DNA of 64,000 nt from an uncultured delta proteobacterium (lineage in GTDB: Bacteria; Desulfobacterota; Syntrophorhabdia; Syntrophorhabdales; WCHB1-27), in NCBI GenBank assembly GCA_963810935.1, contig CAWEPK010000017.1, positions 32,001-96,000 on the forward strand, in the 5' to 3' direction. Of the stretch, positions 46,507-56,703 are shown piece by piece. Each line of letters opens with the position of its first letter. Position 1 is the stretch's first letter. The position numbers and the translations under genes are program-made. The notes under the pieces were generated by a model, which did no database searches, was not told where the DNA came from, and saw only the letters and a program-made list of their open reading frames with translations.

Positions 46507-47757
46507 TTAATAGACACCGTACTCTTTGGTGAAATCGATCATCATCCTGATGTTCTCGGCCTTCGCGTTGTCGAGGCTCGCCGCTGAGTCCATGATGTAC
46601 CCGCCGCCTGGTGCGCAAACGTCGATGAGCTTCTTGCAGTACGCCTTCACGTCATCGGGTGTGCCCGTGACCATCAGCGAGAGGGGCACGTTGCCTTTGA
46701 TGCAGACCGTATCGCCCAGTATCTCCTTTGCCTTGAACATATCGGTCGCCTCGAACCCGTACAATGCGCGGCCGGCAGGTATGTCCTTCATATAGGGAAG
46801 GCGGCTCGTGCAGTTGCCTTCCCAGAGCGGGCACGGCATGCAGCCGGCATCGATGAGGGCCACCATCAGCTCCCTTAAGGTAGGCCAGAAGAACGTCTTG
46901 TACTGCTCGAGGGACATGAAGCCGTCGAGCCCCTTGTGGATGGGTATGAAGATCCTCGGGTTGCCGGACGCCTTCGCCGCGCCGATCGCCATGTCGCGCA
47001 TTATGTAAAAAAGCTTCTCGCACATCTCTATGACTTTTTTCGGCCTCCGGTACATATCGAGCATTAGGCCCTTGGTGCCCCTGAAGTAGTCGCCCAGCGT
47101 ATCAAAAGGGGCCTGGGTGAAGCCCCCGTACTGCATGGGGAAGCCCGCCTCTTTCGCCTTCTTCGTGAATGCCGCCGCGTAGGTGGCGACCCTGACCGAC
47201 TGCTCGCCCGCTTTCTTCAGCGTGTCGAGCGCAGAGGCCACCTCCGGCGTGCTGAACGGGGCAAAGCCGAAGGCCATGCCCATCGCGTAAGTCACTATGT
47301 TGCGGGGCGGGTTGATCTTTTCAAAGCCTTTAAGCGCGGCGAAGGCGCGGGGCCAGTATTTCCTCAGCATGAAATCGGTAGGGTCGAAGAGGAAATGGTC
47401 GTATTCGTCGGCAGTCATATATTCGCCTTCGACGAACTGGTAGGTAACGTCGCTCGCCAGGCCGTGCCCCGGCCATTTAAGCTGCGTGTGGTCGAGGGTG
47501 TCGAGGTGGGGACCGATGAAGCGCAGGGCGAACGGGTTCTGGTCCATGTCGGGCGCGAACTCGGTCATCACGCGCCAGTAAGCCTTCTCCAGCTTCTCCG
47601 GGTCGTACAGGACGTCCTCCACCGTAATGCCGGAATAGGCGGCCGGGAAGAAGCTGAAAAGGGCCGTCACCGGCACGCGGTCGGGCTTCTTCAGGGCTAT
47701 GGCGTCGAGTACTCTTTTTTCGCGCTCAGCGTAAAGTTCTTCAGGTGTAGTGGTCAT
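46507..47757 (-). CDS. UroD/MtaA-fold corrinoid methyltransferase-like protein (paralog of 39250-40501)
   Basis: PDRVPV, APFDTLGDYFRG, CIKGNVP, GTPDDV, GGGYIM. Confidence 0.88.
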   Translation of the reverse strand: MTTTPEELYAEREKRVLDAIALKKPDRVPVTALFSFFPAAYSGITVEDVLYDPEKLEKAYWRVMTEFAPDMDQNPFALRFIGPHLDTLDHTQLKWPGHGLASDVTYQFVEGEYMTADEYDHFLFDPTDFMLRKYWPRAFAALKGFEKINPPRNIVTYAMGMAFGFAPFSTPEVASALDTLKKAGEQSVRVATYAAAFTKKAKEAGFPMQYGGFTQAPFDTLGDYFRGTKGLMLDMYRRPKKVIEMCEKLFYIMRDMAIGAAKASGNPRIFIPIHKGLDGFMSLEQYKTFFWPTLRELMVALIDAGCMPCPLWEGNCTSRLPYMKDIPAGRALYGFEATDMFKAKEILGDTVCIKGNVPLSLMVTGTPDDVKAYCKKLIDVCAPGGGYIMDSAASLDNAKAENIRMMIDFTKEYGVY

Positions 47758-47758
47758 G

Positions 47759-48388
47759 TCACGCCCCTATCCACTGCCGGCACAGGTTGACGGCGGCAAC
47801 CGCGTCTTTTCCGTAGGCGTCCGCGTGCACGTATTTGCACACCTCGTCGTCCATCTGGCCTCCGCCTATCATGATCTTGACGCCCTTGCGCAGCCCGGCG
47901 GCGTCTAAGGCCTCCACCGTCTTCTTCATGGCGTCGAAGGCGAGCGTCAGAAAGCCGGAGAGCCCAACCACCTGCGGCTTGAACTCCCTCACCTTCTCAA
48001 CGAATACCTCCACGGGGACGTCTATGCCCAGGTCGAGGACCTCGTAGCCGCTCACGTCTACCATGAAAGTCACGATGTCCTTGCCGATGTCGTGGATATC
48101 CCCGGCCACCGTGCCGATGAGCACCCTGCCCGCCGTGGACGCCGTTGTTTCCTGTTTCAGAAGCGGCTTGACGATGTCCGAGATGCTTTTGAGGATCTCT
48201 CCCGCCATCATCAGGTCGGGAATGAAATACTCGCATTGCTCGAAGCGCTTCCCGACAACCTCCATCGCCTTGCTCGCGTCGTCGAGAACGGCCACCGGGT
48301 CCGTCCCTGCGGCTATAAGCTCTTTGACCAGGGCAACCGTCTCTTCTTCCTTGAGGTCCGCCATCAAATTGACCAGCTTATCGTTCAC
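47759..48388 (-). CDS. Corrinoid (B12-binding) protein (paralog of 40498-41133)
   Basis: GTVAGDIHDIGKDIV, VGLSGFLT, IMIGGG. Confidence 0.95.
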   Translation of the reverse strand: MNDKLVNLMADLKEEETVALVKELIAAGTDPVAVLDDASKAMEVVGKRFEQCEYFIPDLMMAGEILKSISDIVKPLLKQETTASTAGRVLIGTVAGDIHDIGKDIVTFMVDVSGYEVLDLGIDVPVEVFVEKVREFKPQVVGLSGFLTLAFDAMKKTVEALDAAGLRKGVKIMIGGGQMDDEVCKYVHADAYGKDAVAAVNLCRQWIGA

Positions 48389-48432
48389 TTGCTCCTCCGG
48401 ATATCTTTGTCATTCACGTGTTAGTAGTATAA

Positions 48433-48460
48433 GGCTGCCCGCCCCGCGGGGCAGGCAGCC
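48433..48460. terminator. Intercistronic GC-rich hairpin after dctP
   Basis: GGCTGCC.GCCCC-GC-GGGGC.GGCAGCC. Confidence 0.5.
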
Positions 48461-48485
48461 CTTTTTAGCCGTAATCACTGTCGGG

Positions 48486-49541
48486 TCAGAAGGGGCTCGG
48501 CACCTTCCGCTGCGCTTCTTCTTTCTTCCAGTACCCTATCCGCTCCTTGATAAAGGCTATCCAGGTGTCCACGTCGGTTGCCTTGAAGCCCTCTTCGGTC
48601 ATGTGCTTCTTGTATGCGCCTATGACCGGCTGGACGGCCTTTACCCACTTCGCCGCCTCAGCATCGGAAAGCGTGATGAGCTTGCCGCCCTTCGCCTTGA
48701 ACACGTCCTTGCCCTCTATGTCCATCTCGTTCCACAGGCGGGCCTGCCACTCAAGCGCCTCGGCGGAGACCTCCGTGAATATCTTCTGTATGTCGGGCGG
48801 CAGCGCGTTCCACTTGGCCTTGTTCATCACGCAGTAGAAGGTGATGCCCGTGCCGAGCTGCGATACGGATGTTACGTTGTTGACGACCTCCGCGAATTTC
48901 CAGTACTTTAGGGTGGAGAGGTCGACCATGATGCCGTCGAGGACCTGCCTCCGCAGCGCCTCGTAGACGTCGGGCATCTCCAGCGGGACGGGTATGGCGC
49001 CGAGGTGCTTCAGCATGTCCGTGGCCTGCCCGGCCCCCCGGATCTTCATGCCCTTAAGCTCCTCCAGCGTCCTCACGGGCTTCTTTACCGTTTCGATTAC
49101 GAGCGGGCCCGTCGTGTTGATGTAGAGCAGGTGTACGCTGTCCCACTCGGCCGGCTTGAACTTCTCATAGAAATCCATGCACGTGTGGCTCGCGACCCAT
49201 CCGCTCGGGAAACCGAGGGGCAGGTCGAAGACCTCCGTCACCGGGAAGCGGCCGCGCGTATACTGGATGTGGGAGACGCCGATGTCGGCGATGCCCGTCG
49301 TTATGCCGTTGAACATCTTCACCGGCGACAGGACGGTACCCCCCGGATAATAGGTGATCTCAACGCGCCCGTTCGTCCGCTTCTTGATCTCCTGGCAGAA
49401 CCTGTCGGTCAAAACCGACATCTTGTGGGTCGTCGGCAGATAGTTGGCGGCCTTCAGCTTGATTACGTCAGCGGCGCCCGCGCTCATCGCGCTTACGAGA
49501 ATAAAGACAACCGAAAGCGAAACCAGCAGCACTTTTCTCAT
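48486..49541 (-). CDS. dctP: TRAP transporter substrate-binding protein
   Basis: Signal peptide MRKVLL; TNGRVEITYYPGG, LEELKGMKIR, MNKAKWNALPPD. Confidence 0.92.
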   Translation of the reverse strand: MRKVLLVSLSVVFILVSAMSAGAADVIKLKAANYLPTTHKMSVLTDRFCQEIKKRTNGRVEITYYPGGTVLSPVKMFNGITTGIADIGVSHIQYTRGRFPVTEVFDLPLGFPSGWVASHTCMDFYEKFKPAEWDSVHLLYINTTGPLVIETVKKPVRTLEELKGMKIRGAGQATDMLKHLGAIPVPLEMPDVYEALRRQVLDGIMVDLSTLKYWKFAEVVNNVTSVSQLGTGITFYCVMNKAKWNALPPDIQKIFTEVSAEALEWQARLWNEMDIEGKDVFKAKGGKLITLSDAEAAKWVKAVQPVIGAYKKHMTEEGFKATDVDTWIAFIKERIGYWKKEEAQRKVPSPF

Positions 49542-49631
49542 CCAGCACCTCCCTTTACTTTTTAAAAAATCATCCTGCCCGCATCGGGCGATACAATTCG
49601 TCGTCAAGGCCGGCGCGCGCGGCCGACACCC

Positions 49632-50933
49632 TTACTTGTAGAACACCGACGGGAGCCAGAGGGCCAACTGGGGGAAGAAAAAGAGAAGGCCCCAGACCAC
49701 TACGAGCGAGATGAGAAACGGCGTCACGCCCTGGTATATCCTGCCCATAGGCTCTTTGGTTATGTTCTTCACTACGAAGACGCAGACTGCGACCGGCGGG
49801 ATGACCACGCCTATCATCAATACGACGCCGAGCACCATGCCGAACCAGATGGGGTTGAAGCCGAGCTTCAGGACGGCCGGGTAGAAGATGGGCGTCGCCA
49901 GTATCATGAAGGCGAGGTCGTCGATGAAGGACCCGCCTATCTCGTACATAAAGCAGATGAGTATAAGGACTATGTAGCGGTTGACCGGCAGCCCGACGAG
50001 CCAGTCGGCTATATGCTGCGGGATGTTCGTTATCGCGATGAAATGGCCGAGGATCGCGGAGCCCGCGATCAAAATGAGGACCATGCCCGCCGTCCGCAGC
50101 GACTCGGTGAGCGCCCGCACGTATGTCTTGAAGGTTATCTCCCGTTTTATGACCGAGAGCAGGAAGACGGCGAACGTGCCTACCGCCCCCGCCTCAGTCG
50201 GCGTGAAATAGCCCTGCATAATGCCGCCGACCACCAGGATGAAGACAAGGGCGATCCACGTAAGCTCAGGCAGGGAGGCAAACCGCTCCTTCCAGGTGGA
50301 CCGCTCCGACCTGGGCGCGATTGAAGGGCTCAGGCGCGCCCATCCGTAAATTATGAGAAGGAAGAAAAAGGCGATGACGAGCCCTGGGATGATGCCCGCG
50401 AGAAAAAGCTGCCCAATGGACTGCTCGGTGATTATGCCGAATATGATGAGCGTGACGGAGGGCGGGATGAGCACCCCGAGGGTACCGACCGTGGCCACAA
50501 TCCCGGTCGAGAGCCGCCTGTCGTATTTGAAACGGTCCATCTCGGGTATCGCGACGCTGGCGAACGTGGCGGACGTGGCGGCCGAAGAGCCGCAAATCGC
50601 CTTGAAGCCCGTCGCGCCGATAACCGTGGCCATGGCGAGGCCGCCCGGGATGTGGCCCACGAACTTATGGGCCGCGTTGTACATGCGCACCGCTATGCCC
50701 GCGTGCAGGCCTATCTGCCCCATGAGGATGAAGAGCGGGAAGACCGTGTACCCGTAGCTCGTGATCACATCGTAGACGTCCCTGCCGAGGAGGTTCATCG
50801 CGGCTTGCAGACCGTTAACATAGGCAAAACCGGCGAAGCCCACCAGGGCCATGGCAAAACCGAGCTCGAAACCGGTAGCGAAAAGCGCCAGGAGGACCAG
50901 GAGGGCGACTATGCCGACCGTCACTTCACTCAT
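49632..50933 (-). CDS. dctM: TRAP transporter large permease
   Basis: PLFILMG, GGLA, CGSSAAT, LIPPS, FTPTEAGA, PPVA. Confidence 0.93.
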   Translation of the reverse strand: MSEVTVGIVALLVLLALFATGFELGFAMALVGFAGFAYVNGLQAAMNLLGRDVYDVITSYGYTVFPLFILMGQIGLHAGIAVRMYNAAHKFVGHIPGGLAMATVIGATGFKAICGSSAATSATFASVAIPEMDRFKYDRRLSTGIVATVGTLGVLIPPSVTLIIFGIITEQSIGQLFLAGIIPGLVIAFFFLLIIYGWARLSPSIAPRSERSTWKERFASLPELTWIALVFILVVGGIMQGYFTPTEAGAVGTFAVFLLSVIKREITFKTYVRALTESLRTAGMVLILIAGSAILGHFIAITNIPQHIADWLVGLPVNRYIVLILICFMYEIGGSFIDDLAFMILATPIFYPAVLKLGFNPIWFGMVLGVVLMIGVVIPPVAVCVFVVKNITKEPMGRIYQGVTPFLISLVVVWGLLFFFPQLALWLPSVFYK

Positions 50934-51414
50934 GGAGGTCCTCCTTCCACGTCTTTATTATCTGAGAGACGAACACAAGACACTCGACGATGCAGCAGAC
51001 GCCCACCCCGTAAGCGACCGGATAAAAGGGTATCCGCAAGGTGGCCGTCACCTCGCGCGACTTGTGGAACTCCTTGCCGACGCCGAACAGGTTGTACGCG
51101 ATGAGGGCGAAGAGTATTATGCCGAGGATGCGCGTGAAGGTGTACATTGCAGCCTTCCCCCTGGGGCTGAGCCGCTCCAGCAGGAACTCCATGTACACGT
51201 TGGCGTTGTCGAGGGAGACGCAGGGGAAGCAGAACCCGATCACAAGGGCGAGGGACAGAGCCACTATCTCGAACGTGCCGATGATGGGGTGACCGGCAGC
51301 CCGAAGGCTCACGTCCGCAACTGTGAGGAACATCATGAAGCTGAGCGTCGCCCCGCCTATGGCATTGAGCAGGAACTTGCTCCCTTTGAGGAAGGAATCG
51401 AGCAGCCTATCCAT
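50926..51414 (-). CDS. dctQ: TRAP transporter small permease
   Basis: Four TM helices; DVSLR..PIIGTFEI; overlaps dctM. Confidence 0.9.
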   Translation of the reverse strand: MDRLLDSFLKGSKFLLNAIGGATLSFMMFLTVADVSLRAAGHPIIGTFEIVALSLALVIGFCFPCVSLDNANVYMEFLLERLSPRGKAAMYTFTRILGIILFALIAYNLFGVGKEFHKSREVTATLRIPFYPVAYGVGVCCIVECLVFVSQIIKTWKEDLHE

Positions 51415-51701
51415 CTTGCCTCCCGGAATTTTAGCCGGCCGGTACGTCCGACACCATCAAGACTTCTTTCCGGGGACCTTCCGGTGATTCCTCCGGGACA
51501 GCCCGCGGACTTCCTCACAACCACCAGGTGCGCGTGTGCGCTGACTATTTTATAGAAAAAAAACACCGCCTTTGTCAAGATAAAAGGGAACTTCTATATA
51601 TAACCGGTTAATTTGTATTTTTCATTGGCCGTCAAAGGAATTGTCGCTATTGACTAGATGCGGACGATTTCGGTAAGATAATCGCCAAGAGGTTTCTTCG
51701 T

Positions 51702-52487
51702 ATGAAGCAAGCCGCACCCGGTATAGACCGGCTCTCCTTCGAGCCGGCGTACGTGCAGCTCGTCAATATAATCCGAGGCCAGATAGCGTCGGGGCTGGTG
51801 AAGCCCGGAGAGCGGCTGCCCTCGGAGTCGCAATTATGCGGGCGCTACCGTCTAAGCCCGATGACGGTGCGAAGGGCGGTCAACATCCTGGTGGCCGAAG
51901 GCCTCGTCAGCACCACCCAGGGCCGGGGCACGTTCGTAAAGCCCGTAGAGCTGAGCACGGTCATGTTCAGCATGGACGAGCTGCGGTCCATCTTCGACAA
52001 GAAGGCCACGAATAAAGTGAAACTCCTGGAGGTGAGCGTCGTAAGGGCCGACGCCCCGGTAGCCGCAAGGCTCGACATCGCCCCCGGCGACCGCGTGATC
52101 CTGATACGCCGCCTCATCATAGAAGGGGAAAACCCGATCCTCTACCATCATGAATACCTGGTATACGACCCGGCGCGGCCGATCGTCGAGGCGGAGATGG
52201 AGGTCACCGCGCTCCACGGCCTCTTTGCGGGGACGGGGGAGACGGGCCTGAAACGGGGAGAGCTTTCCATCGAGGCGGCGGCGCTAAGCGAAGATGAGGC
52301 GGCCCTGCTCATGGCGCCACGGGGGCTGCCGTCGTTCAGGCTGGAGCACGTCTTTTACGATTTCGATAACCGCCCTATCAGTTGGGGTTTCTTTACGTGC
52401 AGGGGCGACCTCATACGCTTCCATGCCACCGTCGGCTTGAACGAAGGCGCATGGACGAAAAACCGAAAGCCGGGGGCAGGCACGTGA
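51702..52487 (+). CDS. GntR/HutC-type regulator with UTRA domain
   Basis: PAYVQL, PGERLPSESQL, SPMTVRRAV, QGRGTFV. Confidence 0.92.
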   Translation: MKQAAPGIDRLSFEPAYVQLVNIIRGQIASGLVKPGERLPSESQLCGRYRLSPMTVRRAVNILVAEGLVSTTQGRGTFVKPVELSTVMFSMDELRSIFDKKATNKVKLLEVSVVRADAPVAARLDIAPGDRVILIRRLIIEGENPILYHHEYLVYDPARPIVEAEMEVTALHGLFAGTGETGLKRGELSIEAAALSEDEAALLMAPRGLPSFRLEHVFYDFDNRPISWGFFTCRGDLIRFHATVGLNEGAWTKNRKPGAGT

Positions 52488-53143
52488 AGGTTGAAGCCGA
52501 AAGCGCATTGAGCAGTCTTCTGGCCGACCTCCGGGAGGAAGCCGTCCTTGCCGAGGTGAGCCGCCGCATGGCGGACGGGGAGGACCCTCTCCATATAGTC
52601 GAAGAATGCCAGAAGGGCGTGCGGCTCGTGGGCGAGCGCTACGAGGAGGGCCTCTATTACATCTCCGGCCTGATAATGGCCAGCGCGATCATGCACGAGG
52701 TGGGCGACATGGTCCTGCCCGCCCTGAAGGCGCAGGTGGTCGGGAACGAATCGGGGCGCATCCTGCTCGGCACCGTAGAGGGAGACATACATTACATAGG
52801 CAAGGACATTATAAAGGTGCTCCTGCGGTGTTACGGCTTTACCGTCTTCGATCTCGGCGTGGACGTGCCGGCGAAAGACTTCCTGGCTAAGGCGATCGAG
52901 ATCAAGCCGCACATAGTAGGCGTCTCCTGCCTCCTCGATTCGGTCCTGGAAAATATGCGGACGACCATCGGCCTGCTCCGCTCCGAGGCAGGCAGCAAAG
53001 GCTTTTCCCCTTCCTTCATCATCGGCGGCTGCGTGGACGAGCGCGTCTGCAGCCACGTGGGCGCAGACGCATTTGCCTCGGACGCCATGACCGGCATCCG
53101 GCTCTGCCAGGAGCTGATCCGGGGCAAGATAGCCCGTCCGTAA
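52484..53143 (+). CDS. Third corrinoid/B12-binding protein, coupled to the GntR gene
   Basis: GTGA overlap; GTVEGDIHYIGKDI, DLGVDVP, VGVSCLL, IIGG. Confidence 0.9.
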   Translation: MKVEAESALSSLLADLREEAVLAEVSRRMADGEDPLHIVEECQKGVRLVGERYEEGLYYISGLIMASAIMHEVGDMVLPALKAQVVGNESGRILLGTVEGDIHYIGKDIIKVLLRCYGFTVFDLGVDVPAKDFLAKAIEIKPHIVGVSCLLDSVLENMRTTIGLLRSEAGSKGFSPSFIIGGCVDERVCSHVGADAFASDAMTGIRLCQELIRGKIARP

Positions 53144-53216
53144 CCGACACTATTGACCTGTCGGAATTGCAAACTCAGTCTCACCGGCGTTAGATTAGCT
53201 AAGAAGAGGGTAGGCA

Positions 53217-55758
53217 ATGGCCGAAGAAGAAAAGACTACAGACCCCCGCCGCGCGTTCCTGTCTGAAGGCGAACCCGAATTCGACCCACTGATCGAGCTC
53301 GCCCTCGACCTGCGATGGTCGTGGAGCCACACGGCCGACAAGCTGTGGGAGACGATCGAGCCGACGCTCTGGCGGCTTACGCACAACCCGTGGACGGTCC
53401 TGCAAAGCGCATCGCGCGACAGCATCAGGAAGGCGCTCGCGGACCCGGACGTGCGTTCCCTCGTAGACGACGTCCTCGAAGCGCGGCGCGTGGCCGCCGG
53501 CAGCCCCGGCTGGTTCCAGAAGAACCACCCGGACGCGAAGCTTTCGTGCGTCGCCTATTTCTGCATGGAATACATGCTGAGCGAGGCGCTGCCCATTTAC
53601 TCGGGCGGCCTGGGAAATGTGGCAGGCGACCAGCTCAAGGCTGCGAGCGACCTGGGCGTGCCCGTAGTGGCCGTCGGCCTGCTTTTCCAGCAGGGGTATT
53701 TCCGGCAGGCCATTGACAGGAACGGCTGCCAGCGCGCCCTATTCCCTTACAACGACCCCGGCCAGCTCCCGATACGCCCCCTGCACGACCCGAACGGCGA
53801 GCTGTTGCGCCTCCAGGTGCCCCTTGCGGGCTACTCCCTCTGGCTGCGCACGTGGGAGGTCCGCGTAGGAAACGCGAGCCTCTACCTCATCGACAGCAAC
53901 GACTCCGCAAACCTCCCCGCACACAGGGGCATCACGAGCGAGCTTTACGGAGAGGGCCAGGAGCTGCGGCTGACACAGGAGATACTGCTCGGCCTCGCGG
54001 GATGGCGTCTCCTTGCGGCGTTAGGGCTCAAACCCGAGGTCTGCCACATGAATGAGGGCCATACGGCCTTAGTCGTGCTTGCCCGCGCGCTGGGCCTCAT
54101 GCAAGAGACGGGGCAGCCGTTTCACACGGCCCTGGCTGCGACGAGGGCCGGAAACATCTTCACGACCCACACCCCGGTGGCAGCCGGGTTCGACCGTTTC
54201 GAGCCCGCCCTCATCGAGCAGTACCTGGGCGCATACGCCAAAGAGAAACTGGGCATCTCGGTCGACGAGCTTCTGGCCCTCGGCCGCGTACATCCGCGCA
54301 ACGAATCGGAGCCCTTCAACATGGCCTGCCTTGCCGTGCGGGGGAGCGGCCACGTCAACGGCGTCAGCCGCCTGCACGGCCAGGTCAGCAGGGAGATCTT
54401 CCGGCCCCTCTTCCCGCACTGGCCGACGCGCGAGATCCCCGTGGGCCATGTGACGAACGGGGTGCACATGCCTACCTGGGAATCGGCCGAGTCCGACAAG
54501 GTCTGGACGGAGGCGTGCGCGCGCAACCGCTGGCAGGGCACCCTGGAAACGATGGAGGACGACCTGCGCGACGTGCCCGACTCTAAGCTCTGGGCGTTCC
54601 GGGGCACAGGGCGCAGAATGCTGATCGACTATGTGAGGGACCACACGTGGCGCCACAAGGCAGCACTCGGCGCCCCTTCGTGGGAGATCGAGGCAGCGAA
54701 GGGCGTCTTTGACCCCGATACGCTGACCATCGGCTTCGCGCGGCGCTTCGCCACCTACAAGCGCACCACCCTGCTGCTCCATGACCCCGAAAGGCTGCTC
54801 CGCATATTGACGTCGGCGGACCGGCCCGTGCAGCTCGTAGTAGCGGGCAAGGCGCACCCGGCAGACGTTCCGGGGCAGGCGATGATCGAGGAATGGACGG
54901 CCTTTATCGCCCGGCGCGCCGGGGGCGCACGCGGTCTTCCTGGAAGACCACGACATGCTGATGACCCAGCGCCTGGTGCAGGGCGTCGACGTCTGGATAA
55001 ACACGCCGCGCAGGCCGTGGGAGGCGTGCGGCACGAGCGGCATGAAGGTGCTCGTCAACGGGGGTCTCAACCTTTCGGAGCTGGACGGCTGGTGGGCCGA
55101 GGCCTACGGTCCTGAGGTGGGCTGGGCACTGGGCGATAAGAAGGAGCATGGCGAAGACCCCGCCTGGGACGCCGCCGAGGCGCAAAGCCTCTATACCCTC
55201 CTGGAAGAAGAGGTCATACCCGACTTTTACAACAGGGACGCGGAAGGGATGCCGAGGGCATGGGTGGCCCGCATGAGGGAGAGCATGGCAAGGCTCACCC
55301 CGCGCTTCTCATCCAATCGCGCGGTGCGGGAGTACACGGAAGACTATTACCTCCCTGCCGCCGACAGCTACAGGGAGAGGGTAGCGGACGGGTGCTCCCT
55401 TGCGGACCGCATCGTAAGCTGGCAGGAGATGATAGAGCGGATGTGGCCCGCCGTGCGGTTCGGCAAGATAAAGGTCGAGACGTCAGGCGCAGTTTATCGC
55501 TTCACCGTGCGCGTCTACCCGGGCAGCCTGGACCTCGCCTCCATCGGCGTGCAGCTTTACGCGGAAGGGACAGAAGGCGAAGGTCCTTTCCTGCGAGATA
55601 TGGCGCAGGAAAAGGAGAAGGCCGGCCCGGACGGTTATGTCTATAAGTGCGAGGCGCCCGCCAACCGGCCCGCGTCAGACTATACACCCAGGATAATCCC
55701 CCGGTTCCCCGGCGCGTCCGTCCCCCTGGAGGCCGGCAATATCCTCTGGCAGAGATGA
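53217..55758 (+). CDS. glgP: Alpha-glucan phosphorylase (frameshift near 54920)
   Basis: YSGGLG, HMNEGH, GFARRFATYKR, AGKAHP, EACGTSGMK. Confidence 0.95.
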
Positions 55759-55921
55759 CGGGCGCCTCTAACTTGGAGTAAATAAGGTGCAACCCGTCCT
55801 TTTCCAACTTTCCGCAGAAAATTGCAGGTCTACCCCTTGTCAAGCGCCTTTAGCGTGTCCTAGATTGATTTGTGGGCATTGGACGTCGCCACAGCAGTCA
55901 AATTACATCAGGAGGTTCCAC

Positions 55922-56287
55922 ATGAAACGTTGTTTGATGGCAGCGGTGTTGTTCTCTTTCGTCTTGATGTTTGCTGGGCAGGCGTTTGCACAGGGGGAGG
56001 CCAGCCCGGCCGAGTGGGACAAGCAAGCCTTCATGAACCAGTTGGCGTCCGCGAAGGTGGTGAAGTTCAGCGGCACGGTGCTGAGCCATGACGTAGCGTG
56101 CCACTGCATAGTGGTAAATACGCCCAGGGGCGAGATTACCCTTCAGGACGACTACGCCAAGTTCATGCAGGAATACGACAAGGCGAAGGGTCTCAAGATA
56201 GGGTCCAACGTAGTGGGCACCTTTAAGACGGTGAACCACATCCACTACGCCACGACCGTCGCCTACGCGCCGAAGAAGGAGATGTAG
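55922..56287 (+). CDS. Small exported hypothetical protein
   Basis: RBS AGGAGG; signal peptide ending AFA; CHC motif. Confidence 0.7.
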   Translation: MKRCLMAAVLFSFVLMFAGQAFAQGEASPAEWDKQAFMNQLASAKVVKFSGTVLSHDVACHCIVVNTPRGEITLQDDYAKFMQEYDKAKGLKIGSNVVGTFKTVNHIHYATTVAYAPKKEM

Positions 56288-56348
56288 CAGACGCGCGCTG
56301 GCGGTTTGCGATTGAGGGAAGGGGGCGCAATTCCCCCTTTCTCAACTT

Positions 56349-56654
56349 TTGGGGTTCAGCACCCCCTCGCTGGGCAAAGCCCGGCGAGCCTCCCCGCTCG
56401 GCGCGGCGCATTCGCTTGCTTTATGACCGCCGGACCGCGGCGGCCATTATTGGGGTTCAGCACCCCCTCGCTGGGCAAAGCCCGGCGAGCCTCCCCGCTC
56501 GGCGCGGCGCATTCGCTTGCTTTATGACCGCCGGACCGCGGCGGCCATTATTGGGGTTCAGCACCCCCTCGCCGCGACCCTTCCCTCCTTACGTCGGGCG
56601 GGTGCCCCGGCTCGGCGAGCCTCCCCGCTCGGCGCGGCGCATTCGCTTGCTTTA
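56349..56654. repeat. Hairpin-rich 101-bp tandem repeat (two identical units plus a variant third)
   Basis: GGGGTTCAGCACCCCCTCGC at 56351, 56452, 56553; a 42-nt block at 56382, 56483, 56613. Confidence 0.95.
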
Positions 56655-56683
56655 ATACCCTGCTGCTTGCAGCAGGGTATTAA
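56652..56683. repeat. Perfect 15-bp inverted repeat (REP-like or terminator)
   Basis: TTAATACCCTGCTGC-TT-GCAGCAGGGTATTAA, 20 nt after the cas6-like stop. Confidence 0.85.
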
Positions 56684-56703
56684 TTCGGAAAGACATAGAA
56701 GGG

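Noticed and set aside
44793..46517. Novel 574-aa pterin-binding/UroD fusion protein in the ORF track
   Set aside because: A frameshift near 45864 joins two genes; the conserved SN.SFGLP tail and its stop are in another frame.
51415..51700. Cobalamin riboswitch or GntR operator before the TRAP/corrinoid operon
   Set aside because: No B12-box or conserved riboswitch core is recognisable, and no convincing operator palindrome.
56349..56654. CRISPR array next to cas6
   Set aside because: Units are 101 bp and identical, including the would-be spacers; there is no AT-rich leader, and a related copy lies at 25 kb.
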